From assembly GCA_964358925.1 (NCBI GenBank), contig CAYHRD010000001.1, forward strand, positions 1-46,832: 46,832 nucleotides of DNA. The letters run 5' to 3'. The notes under the pieces were generated by a model. It searched no databases and was not told where the DNA came from. It saw only the letters and a list, made by a program, of their open reading frames with translations. Position 1 is the first letter of the stretch. Every line of letters begins with the position of its first letter. The stretch comes from an uncultured Sulfurimonas sp. (GTDB taxonomy: Bacteria > Campylobacterota > Campylobacteria > Campylobacterales > Sulfurimonadaceae). A program made the translations under genes and the position numbers. This document shows, one piece after another, positions 30,492 to 39,379 of this stretch.

Positions 30492-30821
30492 ATGAGTGTT
30501 CTAGTAATAGGCGGAGATAAAATTGATGCTATAAAATCAATATTGAGTTATTTTGGGGTATCTAGCGTAGTTCATTGGAATGCAAGAAAAAAAGCAAGCA
30601 CATGCAAAAAAATCATACCTATTGATATAGAATGTGTAGTTATGCTGACATCTTTTTTAAATCATAATGCTATGAAACATTTTAAAAGTGAAGCTAAAAA
30701 GCGTGATTTGCCGGTTATATGTTCTAAACACAACAGTAGTTGTTTTTACTATGAATATAAAAAAATTATGGGAAGTGAGTGTCTAAACTGCGATGTTTAT
30801 TCGAGCTGCAATATAAAATAG
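30492..30821 (+). CDS. DUF2325-family protein with Cys-rich tail
   Basis: VLVIGGD..HWNAR..VVMLTSFLNHN..AKKRDLPV pattern; tail CLNCDVYSSC. Confidence 0.8.
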   Translation: MSVLVIGGDKIDAIKSILSYFGVSSVVHWNARKKASTCKKIIPIDIECVVMLTSFLNHNAMKHFKSEAKKRDLPVICSKHNSSCFYYEYKKIMGSECLNCDVYSSCNIK

Positions 30822-30835
30822 ACAAAGGAATAAAA

Positions 30836-31030
30836 ATGGCGCAACAAATTATTAATGAAATAAACGAGTTTGTTACTTTTAGGTTTGATTCTAAAAAAAA
30901 CAGAGTAGTAAATCTAAAAATAAACAGAGATGTAGAGGTGGATGAGTTTTTGTATATTCAGTACATTCTTGACTGCAACAAAGTCAGATACAGTTTTGAG
31001 AAAAACTTTGAAATTCAGATACTTAATTGA
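30836..31030 (+). CDS. Small hypothetical protein (64 aa)
   Basis: ATG 30836 after AAAGGA; fills the gap between the DUF2325 and EAL genes. Confidence 0.65.
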   Translation: MAQQIINEINEFVTFRFDSKKNRVVNLKINRDVEVDEFLYIQYILDCNKVRYSFEKNFEIQILN

Positions 31031-31036
31031 GCAAAA

Positions 31037-31762
31037 ATGTGCAAATTAAATATACCAAATAAATTTTCTATAGATTTACAAAGCGTAAAAGATATTTTAG
31101 TACAAAAAAACTTTCGTACAGAGTATCAACCGATAGTCTCTTTAGCGGATGATAGCATACTGGCGTATGAAGCACTTGCTAGATTTTATCTTGATGGCAA
31201 ATCAATACCGCCTGATGTTGTGTTTGATATTTGTCATAAAGATTTATCTATGTTTTATGAACTTGAAATGAGTGTAAAAGAGCATCAATTTAAAAACAGA
31301 CCAAAAGAGAAAAAACTTTTTATAAATTTTGATCCTCATATTTTGCACTACAAACAAAGAACAAAAGAGATATTTACTCTTATGTCAAAGCAGAGTGATT
31401 TTGTTATAGAACTTGTAGAAAACTCTCACGAGAGCATAAACATAGAAAGATTGATAGAAGTATTTAATAAGTTAAAATATCAATTTGCAGTGGATGATTT
31501 TTTTAAAGAAAACAGCATTATTTCACTTTATCTGCTTAAAGAGTGTCACTATTTAAAACTTGATAAAGATATCTTAAAGCAAATCAAAATAGATAGTGCA
31601 TTTGCAGAGGTGGTAAAAGGGATTTGCAATTACGCTCACAAAATAGGAAAAGAGGTTATCCTTGAGGGCATAGAGACGGAAGATGATTTATACTTAGCTA
31701 AGGAGTGTAGAGTTGATTTTGCACAAGGGTTTCTTTATAGAGATAGATTTATAAATAGGTAG
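31037..31762 (+). CDS. Stand-alone EAL-domain protein (putative c-di-GMP phosphodiesterase)
   Basis: YQPIV, YEALAR, FINF, IELVE, VDDFF, KLDK, EGIET, QGFL. Confidence 0.9.
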   Translation: MCKLNIPNKFSIDLQSVKDILVQKNFRTEYQPIVSLADDSILAYEALARFYLDGKSIPPDVVFDICHKDLSMFYELEMSVKEHQFKNRPKEKKLFINFDPHILHYKQRTKEIFTLMSKQSDFVIELVENSHESINIERLIEVFNKLKYQFAVDDFFKENSIISLYLLKECHYLKLDKDILKQIKIDSAFAEVVKGICNYAHKIGKEVILEGIETEDDLYLAKECRVDFAQGFLYRDRFINR

Positions 31763-34700
31763 TTAAAAAACTTTAACTACTCTATTTAACTCGACAACAG
31801 GTGGGTTCGGCAGCTGCGGGTATGCTTTTTTTACCGCGTCCGTTACCCATTGCGGGTAGATTCTAAAGTTTAGTTTTACGGTAGCCGTTAGCGGATATTT
31901 TAGTGTTTTGCCATTAGGTATTTTGTAAGATTCGACTCGTCTCTCTCCTGCAGCAATTCTAGTATCGCTCAATAATTTTTCATATTTCCAAAAAAGAAGT
32001 CCCGCCGGTTTGCCCTCTTTGTCTGCAAATACTTTCATAAAAGGTCGTGCATCTTCGCCGAGATTTCCGTCATTTTTTAATTTTCCGCTCTCAAATACAA
32101 CTCTATCATCTGCGTCTTTTAAAGTAATATCAAGCCATAACTCTCTAAAATCGGCAACACCTGTCGGCAGATGATGTCCTGCCCCGACATTTGTTACTCC
32201 GACATCAATTTGAGACTCTTTGATATCTACATCAAGCTTTGCAGACATTTTTAAAAGTTGCAGTGTCTGATCTTCATTTTTTTTATTTTTCAGTCCTGAT
32301 AAAAAATGATTTGAGCCGGAAAAATAGTGAACTTTTATATCATCTTTTATTTTACCGCCATCGGTTGAGAGACCTTTTAAGGGAGAGAATTTACCGTTTT
32401 GCAGATTTGTCATATGGCAATCTATACAGCTTTTATGTTTACTTGGATTGTCCGGATTGTTAAATGATGACTTCTCCCACTCTTTAAAAGTAGAGACTAT
32501 CTCGCTTGCGTTACCCGGACTAAACTCGTCGTGACAAGAGGCACAATAAGCTGCATCTTTATATACAGGTTTCATGTAGCTCTCTTTATGAGCTTTTGGT
32601 TTTGAGTTTATAAATTTTTCACTAAGCCACTGTCCTGCTTCTGATTTACTATCTTCAAACGCATATTTTTCTCGCTCGGTTATATTTAAAGTATAAGATG
32701 CGTTTCCGCCCGCGTTTTCAACTTTTGTAATTCTATGGCAGGCAACGCAAGAGACGCCCTCTTCAAGTTTTGAGTTGCCGTGAATTTTCAACTCCTCTAT
32801 TAGGGTTTTTGCTCCTTTTTCAAAAAACTTTTCCATCGTATCCGTAGTTTTTTCTAAACCTGTCGTAACGGCGCTTGGATTGTGGCATCCCATACACCAT
32901 TTTCTAAACTCTTCACCCTCTGTTTTGGCTGCTAGATTTTCTAAAACCATATAGTAAGGGTTTGCTCCTGCTAAGTTTTTATGATTTGAATCAGCCCACT
33001 GGTCAAATATATCAGAGTGGCACGATTTGCACTTTGCGGAGTTTGTCCAATCTTCTGTATGATATTTTTCTACATTATCTTCAAGTTTTATCCAAGTAGA
33101 GAGATAACGCAAATTCTCTTTTGCGGTAACATAACGATGCAGATTTTGCATTTTATCTTTTAGCTCTGCATTCATATTGTCCGGATTTGCTAAAGCTATT
33201 TGTGCTTTTTTATCGGCTCCCATTCCGCCTTGCGTATCTCTGGCAATTCTTACATAATCAGCCAAAGGAGTTTTTGATACAAATCCGTTTAGATTGGAAT
33301 GTCCGATAGTTGCTTTTTTAGACTTATCAATTTGCGTATCTTTAAATAAAAAACGATTTGTAAAATTAAACCCCTCAAAATGACACGAATTGCAACTCAT
33401 CCAAAAATCTCCGCTCATAGGAGTTTGGCTGTTAAAATCCGAATTTGCATTGTTAAACAATCTCTTTCCCTCTCTCATCGCCAAGGGTAAAGGATCTTTT
33501 GTGACCAACTGGGAAAAAGACTCTTTTTGTAGTGTAATCTCTGCAAAAGGGTGACTTCCCCCGCTGTCTAAAAGCGTCATATCAAGAGTAGAAGCGTTTT
33601 GAACATATATGTTATTGTTATCGGGATGCACCAAAATAGCTTGAGGATTTGTGCCGTTTGGGTAATCTCTAAAAATTTGGGTTGCTTTTGCTCCTGTTCC
33701 GCTTACGGTCGCTTTTGTTCTATGTCTTTTTATTTTAGCGTTATCATTGCTTCTCCCTAAATTAAAAACTATGATATCTTCGCTTCCTGACAAGGTTACA
33801 AAAGCTTTTTCTCCATCGTTTGAAAAAGTCAAATCCCAAGGGTTTGATACAATCATGGTCTCATTTTTGTTGTTTAGTATATTTATGGATTTAAAAAGGT
33901 GTTTTCTTTTTTGCTCCTCTTCCCTTTCAGAACCTTTCTCTAGCGAGATAATTGAAACACTCGGGAAAACAGTTGACTGAAATTGAAAAGAGTGGTCAAA
34001 ATTCCATAAAACATGAACAAGCCAAGCTTCGCTGCCGTCAGGTTTAATCTCTATGTCGTCTAAAAGTCTCGGCGCACCTTGCGATACAAACTCGTCGCCA
34101 TCTTGAGTTGAATGCAGAGTTATAGTTTTTAGTTTTTTGAAACTTTTACTATCGTAAATTGTGACAATGCCGAGCATCGTATGCGTTACTAAAAGTCTTC
34201 CGTCATCCGTTAGCGCCATTCCTCGCGGAGTATCAAGAGTTTTAATAGTTTTTATAACACTGAAATTTTTATCGTCAATAACTAAAATTTCTTTATCTTC
34301 ATAAATTGTTACAAAGAAATATCTGTTTTTTTCATCATAAATTATCGCATGGGGTTTGTTATTCGTTTTTATCTCTTTAACAATTTTATTCTCTTTGTTT
34401 AAAAAATAGACTCTGTTTTTCATATAGTCGGTTACGCCGTAAATGGACTCATCGCTGTTAAAAGCTATCCTTCTTATATCGCTTCCCAAAACTTTTTCAA
34501 ATATTTTTTCGCCGCTTTTTGCGTTGATTTTAGAGACACTGCCGCCGTCTAGGTTTGCGCTGTAAATATATTGTTTGTCTTTTGTCAAATAGAGAGCCGA
34601 ACTGCTTGTGCTTGAATATGAGAGTGTCGGAATAAGCAGCGCGAAGAGAACTGCTGAAGCTAAAACCGCTTGTCTTTTAGCTCTATGCTTTCTCTTTTTT

Positions 34701-35110
34701 TGCTCTCTTTTGAGATTAATGTATGGAAAGTTGGTGTGATGCCATAAAAAGAAGAGTAGTAGAAATGAGCCGTATAAATGAAGATTGTATGAGTATATGC
34801 CGATTTCATCACCGCCTCTGTTGCCTATAAAAAACAGATACAACCCGCTAAGAGTTATAAGTAAAAGCACTATTCCTAAAAACATACCGTTCCTGTTATT
34901 TCTTTTTTTACCGATTATATTATTTCTATATTTAAAAACATGAATATTTACAAAAGGTATGATTAAAAAGGCAGAAACGGCGATTGAACCGATAATATGC
35001 AGGGCTTGCAGGACGGAGTAATATCCCCAGTCGATATTAAAAATATCCCATTGAACTATGCCCGTTACAAACATAAGCACGATTGAGAGTTGAATATAAA
35101 TAGATTTCAT
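31763..35110 (-). CDS. Membrane-anchored hexaheme cytochrome c fusion: His-bearing TM domain + YVTN/YncE-like beta-propeller + monoheme domain + c554/c552-like pentaheme domain
   Basis: Five hydrophobic N-terminal segments; propeller repeats (PHAI, PRGMAL, PWDLTF, PQAILV); CNSCH, CKSCH, CMGCH, CVACH, CASCH, CIDCH; C-terminal NVGAGHHLPTG. Confidence 0.88.
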   Translation of the reverse strand: MKSIYIQLSIVLMFVTGIVQWDIFNIDWGYYSVLQALHIIGSIAVSAFLIIPFVNIHVFKYRNNIIGKKRNNRNGMFLGIVLLLITLSGLYLFFIGNRGGDEIGIYSYNLHLYGSFLLLFFLWHHTNFPYINLKREQKKRKHRAKRQAVLASAVLFALLIPTLSYSSTSSSALYLTKDKQYIYSANLDGGSVSKINAKSGEKIFEKVLGSDIRRIAFNSDESIYGVTDYMKNRVYFLNKENKIVKEIKTNNKPHAIIYDEKNRYFFVTIYEDKEILVIDDKNFSVIKTIKTLDTPRGMALTDDGRLLVTHTMLGIVTIYDSKSFKKLKTITLHSTQDGDEFVSQGAPRLLDDIEIKPDGSEAWLVHVLWNFDHSFQFQSTVFPSVSIISLEKGSEREEEQKRKHLFKSINILNNKNETMIVSNPWDLTFSNDGEKAFVTLSGSEDIIVFNLGRSNDNAKIKRHRTKATVSGTGAKATQIFRDYPNGTNPQAILVHPDNNNIYVQNASTLDMTLLDSGGSHPFAEITLQKESFSQLVTKDPLPLAMREGKRLFNNANSDFNSQTPMSGDFWMSCNSCHFEGFNFTNRFLFKDTQIDKSKKATIGHSNLNGFVSKTPLADYVRIARDTQGGMGADKKAQIALANPDNMNAELKDKMQNLHRYVTAKENLRYLSTWIKLEDNVEKYHTEDWTNSAKCKSCHSDIFDQWADSNHKNLAGANPYYMVLENLAAKTEGEEFRKWCMGCHNPSAVTTGLEKTTDTMEKFFEKGAKTLIEELKIHGNSKLEEGVSCVACHRITKVENAGGNASYTLNITEREKYAFEDSKSEAGQWLSEKFINSKPKAHKESYMKPVYKDAAYCASCHDEFSPGNASEIVSTFKEWEKSSFNNPDNPSKHKSCIDCHMTNLQNGKFSPLKGLSTDGGKIKDDIKVHYFSGSNHFLSGLKNKKNEDQTLQLLKMSAKLDVDIKESQIDVGVTNVGAGHHLPTGVADFRELWLDITLKDADDRVVFESGKLKNDGNLGEDARPFMKVFADKEGKPAGLLFWKYEKLLSDTRIAAGERRVESYKIPNGKTLKYPLTATVKLNFRIYPQWVTDAVKKAYPQLPNPPVVELNRVVKVF

Positions 35111-35180
35111 TTTTTAAACCTTGACAAAATAATAATATAAATAAATTATATAAAAAAAATCGTAAGAAATTGCTTAATAA

Positions 35181-35195
35181 TGAAAACCAATATCA
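35181..35195. promoter_or_regulatory. Weak Fur-like box upstream of the 1115-aa cytochrome gene
   Basis: TGAAAACCAATATCA, 3 mismatches; about 30 nt upstream of a minus-strand TATAAT. Confidence 0.45.
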
Positions 35196-35199
35196 AATA

Positions 35200-35227
35200 C
35201 ACTAAAGAGAATAAGTTCTCTTTAGTG
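35200..35227 (-). terminator. Stem-loop terminator after the 674-aa gene
   Basis: Perfect 12-bp inverted repeat CACTAAAGAGAA-TAAG-TTCTCTTTAGTG, 7 nt past the stop. Confidence 0.7.
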
Positions 35228-35234
35228 CGTAATA

Positions 35235-37259
35235 TCAATTGGATAATTTAACTTTTCCCGCCATAGTCGGAGCAGTTCCGAATTTTCCGCCTGCTTTGTT
35301 AATAGGAGGAACATTGTCTTCGTCGTTATTGCTTGTTGTCATTGAAGCTGTTTCATATTCGCCCGAATCCAGTAGCCACTCTGCGAGTTGAGCGCCGTCA
35401 TTTACGGAATTTCCGTTTATAACCAATTGAAACCATCTTGTAAATCTCTCGGTTAAGTTTTTAAGTTCAAGAACCGGCTTTTTCTCAAAACCTGTATTCT
35501 TTAAATTGCTAATAGCACTTCTTAGTCCGCCGCTAACTGCTCCGATTGTATAAGGCGTGTACTCTTTTGACGCATCCACATATGTGCCGATTTTTTTATC
35601 ATACATATTTTTTTCTATAGAAATCATCAACTCTCTTGCTTCTTGTCTGTATTTGTTGTTTTTGGTCGCAAGATATGCCGCCGTGAGTCCTCTAATAACC
35701 GCAAACTGTGTTCCTAAATCCGCTCCCTCTTTTGAACCGTTTGTTACATTGTAAACGGTTGCATATAAGCCGTTTTTCTCTTTTGCTTTGCCGATTAGAA
35801 AATCAGCCTGAGTTTTAATCAGCTCAAGTGCTTTTTTACCTTGCTCAGTCTCTAAAGATTGTGTACTCTTGCTTGAACCGTAACCGACGGGAAGTGCATC
35901 TACTGCTCTTTGAAAAATTCTTAGTGCTTCTATGGAGTATGCCGCATCGTAAATTGTAACTGTATCGCTTTGTTTGCCGTCATATCTATCGATAAAAGTT
36001 CCTGCCTTTTTATCAAAGTGAAGTTTTGAAATATTTTCAAACATTAAATTAGCGATATTTGCAGAAACAGAAAATGCGTCATCGGATTTAATATCATTTT
36101 TTCTGTTGCCGTCGATATTTACTTTCGGAGCGCTTTTAAAAGGTTTTCCGTCAAACACCGCTAAAAATGAAGGGTTTTGACTTTTATTGGAGGTTCTTTG
36201 ATCCGAATATGCATAAAACTCGCTGATTGGCCAAAGCACCTGCCAAGTATCTCTAAGAGAGGAGTGACCCTCTTTAACTTTTAAAGAAGCAATAGATTTG
36301 GTACTGTTTGCAGTTCCTTCTTCCACTGCTACACTGTTTGCAAACCATATAGGCTTGCTTGCATCATAAGAAGGGTCAAACTTCGCACCTAAATTTTTAC
36401 CGTCAAAGCCTAGTTTCTCTTGCATATACAATATACTTTCCCACGCTAATTCCGTTAAAATTACCCCGTTTACGCCGTCCGCACTTGAAACTCCAAGAGC
36501 ATGTTTTCCGTCAGAATCCATAGACGCACTTGTAGCTTCTACCTCTTCATCATTCTCTATTTTATGCATACCGCCAAGAAAATCTTGCGCCCACATTATG
36601 TCTTTTAAAAGTGCTGCGCCGAGTGAAGCAGGATTTAGCGTTTTATCCATTTCGGACTCAACCCAAGAGAGAGTTTTATAATCTCTCAAATAAGCAGGTA
36701 TCGAAGTTTTTACTTTGCTCTCTTTACCGTGTTTAAATACCACAACCTCATCGTTATTTACAATTGTCATATCAATTTTTTGTGCAAATTCAGGGATTCC
36801 TGAGGTGTATGGCAGTGCTGTCGGATGCATATTTAACGGTATGATTTCCGGGTCATTGCCGGTTGCTTTTGCAAACTCTATAAATCTTTTTGCCAAAGAA
36901 GCCATATCCCCGCCTCTTGAAGCGTTTAAAAGACCGTTTACCAGATGCGGTCCCATTTTTGACTGATAATTTAAAGCATACATCGCTTCTTCAGAGTATT
37001 CATAGCTCTCAATTCCGGCTGTATAATCAAACTCCGTCGGTTTATTAATCGTATTTGGATTTAGCGTGTCTAAATCCAGCCCAAGTGACTCTGCGAGAGG
37101 TTCTCCGGATAATTCAAACTCGGTATAAGCAAACATTGCGCCTGCCGTATAAAACCTTTTATCCAGAACCTCCGCTTTTGTATTAGAAAATGGCTTTGAA
37201 GCATATAATGATGTTATAGCCAAAGAAGCAATCAGTGACAATTTTACTATCTTATTCAT
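35235..37259 (-). CDS. Secreted hypothetical protein (674 aa) with Glu/Tyr-rich N-terminal motifs and alpha/alpha-toroid-like C-terminal repeats
   Basis: Signal peptide MNKIVKLSLIASLAITSLYA; RBS AAGGA; YTEFELSGE, IESYEYSEE; RGLTAAYLATKNNKYRQEA; no Cys. Confidence 0.85.
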   Translation of the reverse strand: MNKIVKLSLIASLAITSLYASKPFSNTKAEVLDKRFYTAGAMFAYTEFELSGEPLAESLGLDLDTLNPNTINKPTEFDYTAGIESYEYSEEAMYALNYQSKMGPHLVNGLLNASRGGDMASLAKRFIEFAKATGNDPEIIPLNMHPTALPYTSGIPEFAQKIDMTIVNNDEVVVFKHGKESKVKTSIPAYLRDYKTLSWVESEMDKTLNPASLGAALLKDIMWAQDFLGGMHKIENDEEVEATSASMDSDGKHALGVSSADGVNGVILTELAWESILYMQEKLGFDGKNLGAKFDPSYDASKPIWFANSVAVEEGTANSTKSIASLKVKEGHSSLRDTWQVLWPISEFYAYSDQRTSNKSQNPSFLAVFDGKPFKSAPKVNIDGNRKNDIKSDDAFSVSANIANLMFENISKLHFDKKAGTFIDRYDGKQSDTVTIYDAAYSIEALRIFQRAVDALPVGYGSSKSTQSLETEQGKKALELIKTQADFLIGKAKEKNGLYATVYNVTNGSKEGADLGTQFAVIRGLTAAYLATKNNKYRQEARELMISIEKNMYDKKIGTYVDASKEYTPYTIGAVSGGLRSAISNLKNTGFEKKPVLELKNLTERFTRWFQLVINGNSVNDGAQLAEWLLDSGEYETASMTTSNNDEDNVPPINKAGGKFGTAPTMAGKVKLSN

Positions 37260-37279
37260 CTAAATTCCTTATTTTGATT

Positions 37280-37345
37280 TGAAAACGATTATCAAAATTA
37301 TAAATAAAGAAACTTAATGTATGTTTAAAATGATAATTATTATCA
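37280..37345 (-). promoter_or_regulatory. Promoter bracketed by two Fur-like boxes
   Basis: Perfect TGATAATTATTATCA (37331-37345), minus-strand TATAAT, TGAAAACGATTATCA (37280-37294) near the RBS. Confidence 0.8.
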
Positions 37346-37360
37346 GAATAATTTAGTTTT

Positions 37361-37508
37361 GAGATTGCCGCGCTGCGCTCGCAATGACGCAAGAGAGAGA
37401 TTGCCGCGTCGTTTTACTCCTCGCAGTGACGGTTACTTATCATCGAACACATTCTTTCGTCATTGTGAACATTCTTCCGTCATTGCGAACGAAGTGAAGC
37501 AATCTATG
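37361..37508. repeat. REP-like palindromic repeat cluster, family A
   Basis: GAGATTGCCGCGCTGCGCTCGCAATGAC, GAGATTGCCGCGTC..CTCGCAGTGAC, partial CGTCATTGTGAAC, inverted CGTCATTGCGAACGAAGTGAAGCAATCT. Confidence 0.88.
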
Positions 37509-37533
37509 TTTAATCAGAGTATTCTATTGAAAT

Positions 37534-38754
37534 TTAGTTTTTCAGCAAATACAGTGTTTTTTCGCCTACAAAACGCCCTTTATAAATCTCATAAGCTGCT
37601 TCTTTTGGTTTTTGAGCCGTGATGATGTAAACCGTGTTTTTTTCATTAAGATACTTTGCGCTGTCACGGTAATAGTTGTCTACGACTCTGTAATTATAAA
37701 CTGTTCTTAGTATTTCGATACTTCTGTTTGCTATGATTATTCTATCCGTTAGGACTATGTTTTGAGCTATCTGTTCAATGGGAGAAATTTTTTCATCATA
37801 TTTTAAAATATGAAATATATTAAAAGAGAGTATCAAAAATAGTAAGATATTTGCTTTTTTTAAATATGTTGCAAGAAAAATATTGGCTATAAAAACTAAA
37901 GGTATTATATGTCTTAGGCTATCCGGATTTTGGGCAAAGAGTATCCAGCAAAAGTAGAAAACAAAAATAAGATACAGAAGCGGGAACTTTTTTTCTTGTT
38001 TAAAAGGTAGAAACAGCAAAAATATATAGGGTGTATTTATAAATGAAAAGATATTGTCAAACCAAGAAAGTTCGCTGTTTTGCCCTCGTCCCCATAGTGA
38101 AAAATGCCCCTCTATAAACCTCACACCCTCATAAAAATAGAGCATACCGTTGTTTATAAATATAAATAGCAAAAATAAAGTGGAGGTTAAAAAAAACCAA
38201 ACTAAGATGGGTTTTAGGGAATCTTTTTTAAACAGGTAAAGGTATATAAATCCCGCAATAAAAAAAATAAAATAGGATGGTCTTGAAAAAAATGATACGG
38301 CAAAAATGATACCGCTTAGTCTCTGTTTTTTTAATTCAAGAAAATATAGTCCTAAAAAGAAAAAGAGCAGACCGACACTTTCGCTTAACATGCACAATGA
38401 GAGGTTCATTAGATAAGGTGTAGTAATAGAAAGTGCGAAGACTATAAAAGCCGTCTTTTCATCTTGAAGTTTTTTTGTATATAAAAAAAGAACAAAGGGT
38501 ATCAGTATCGCACTAAGAGCAGTGAGAATGAAGAGAGACTGTTTGGCATCATCTATAAAAAAATTGATGATTTTGCCAAAAATAACAACAGAAGGGTACC
38601 CTGGAAAATGTGGAGAAAAATCTATAACGCTAAAGTTTTTTATGCCCTCTGCCAAAAAAAGCGAATCGTCATTAAAATATGAAGCGGGATAGGTAAAAAT
38701 AAAAAGGGCATAAACAAAAGTACTTATACCGACAACCGCTTTGTAGCCGCTCAT
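37534..38754 (-). CDS. Polytopic membrane protein, GT-C-fold glycosyltransferase-like
   Basis: About 10-11 TM segments; first loop NDDS followed by PHFPGYP (HPPGY-like); LSES; SRP; RHIIPL. Confidence 0.7.
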   Translation of the reverse strand: MSGYKAVVGISTFVYALFIFTYPASYFNDDSLFLAEGIKNFSVIDFSPHFPGYPSVVIFGKIINFFIDDAKQSLFILTALSAILIPFVLFLYTKKLQDEKTAFIVFALSITTPYLMNLSLCMLSESVGLLFFFLGLYFLELKKQRLSGIIFAVSFFSRPSYFIFFIAGFIYLYLFKKDSLKPILVWFFLTSTLFLLFIFINNGMLYFYEGVRFIEGHFSLWGRGQNSELSWFDNIFSFINTPYIFLLFLPFKQEKKFPLLYLIFVFYFCWILFAQNPDSLRHIIPLVFIANIFLATYLKKANILLFLILSFNIFHILKYDEKISPIEQIAQNIVLTDRIIIANRSIEILRTVYNYRVVDNYYRDSAKYLNEKNTVYIITAQKPKEAAYEIYKGRFVGEKTLYLLKN

Positions 38755-39309
38755 TTAGATTGATTTTAAAATATTGACTATAACTTGTTGATTTTTTTTG
38801 TACTCTTGCTCATCGGCAGGTTTCGCTCCCACTCCAAAAAGACCGGGATTTCCGATAGAATCCGCACATTTTTTTATGGCTGCCTTAAGCGTTTCGTTTT
38901 TCTCTTTATCCAAACTAACCGATAAAATTTTGTAAAACTTATCAACCTTTGCTAACATCACTTTTGCCACATTAAACTCTTTTATATTTTCTAAACCGCC
39001 TTGTATTCTTCTTTGGATTTCACAAGCGATGGAAATATCAAGCCATCTGACAATCTGCTTTTTGTCATGTTTTAAAATTGATGTTTTTAAACCCTCAAAG
39101 AGCAGAGTGTTAAACTCGTCATTTAAGTATCGATAGGTCTGCTCATACTCTTTAAATACCGTTTCCGCCATTTTAAAATCATCACCGTTTACGGCTCTTG
39201 TAATTGCCTCTTTTGCATCTATTGTCGGCTCTTTGCCTGCTGCTGCATAAGAGTAGGCATTTAGAGTAGAAGCTATAAAAGCAGCAATAAGTAGTAGTAA
39301 AAATTTCAT
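38755..39309 (-). CDS. Secreted alpha-helical hypothetical protein (184 aa)
   Basis: Signal peptide ending LNA; mature N-terminus YSYAAAGKEP; NPGLFGVG; its TAA abuts the next ATG. Confidence 0.8.
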   Translation of the reverse strand: MKFLLLLIAAFIASTLNAYSYAAAGKEPTIDAKEAITRAVNGDDFKMAETVFKEYEQTYRYLNDEFNTLLFEGLKTSILKHDKKQIVRWLDISIACEIQRRIQGGLENIKEFNVAKVMLAKVDKFYKILSVSLDKEKNETLKAAIKKCADSIGNPGLFGVGAKPADEQEYKKNQQVIVNILKSI

Positions 39310-39379
39310 GTTTTTTCCTTTTTTTATTTTATTCGTAATTATATTTTTCTTATTAAGAATTTAAGTGGAGTAATAATTA

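Noticed and set aside
31763-35110. Annotation as cytochrome cd1 nitrite reductase, hydroxylamine oxidoreductase or NrfA
   Set aside because: Domain order and heme count (six CxxCH, no CxxCK) do not fit, and no nir, nrf or heme d1 genes are nearby.
35235-37259. PglB-type N-glycosylation sites as evidence that this protein is the GT-C target
   Set aside because: N-x-S/T sites exist, but those checked lack the -2 D/E, and such sites are expected by chance.
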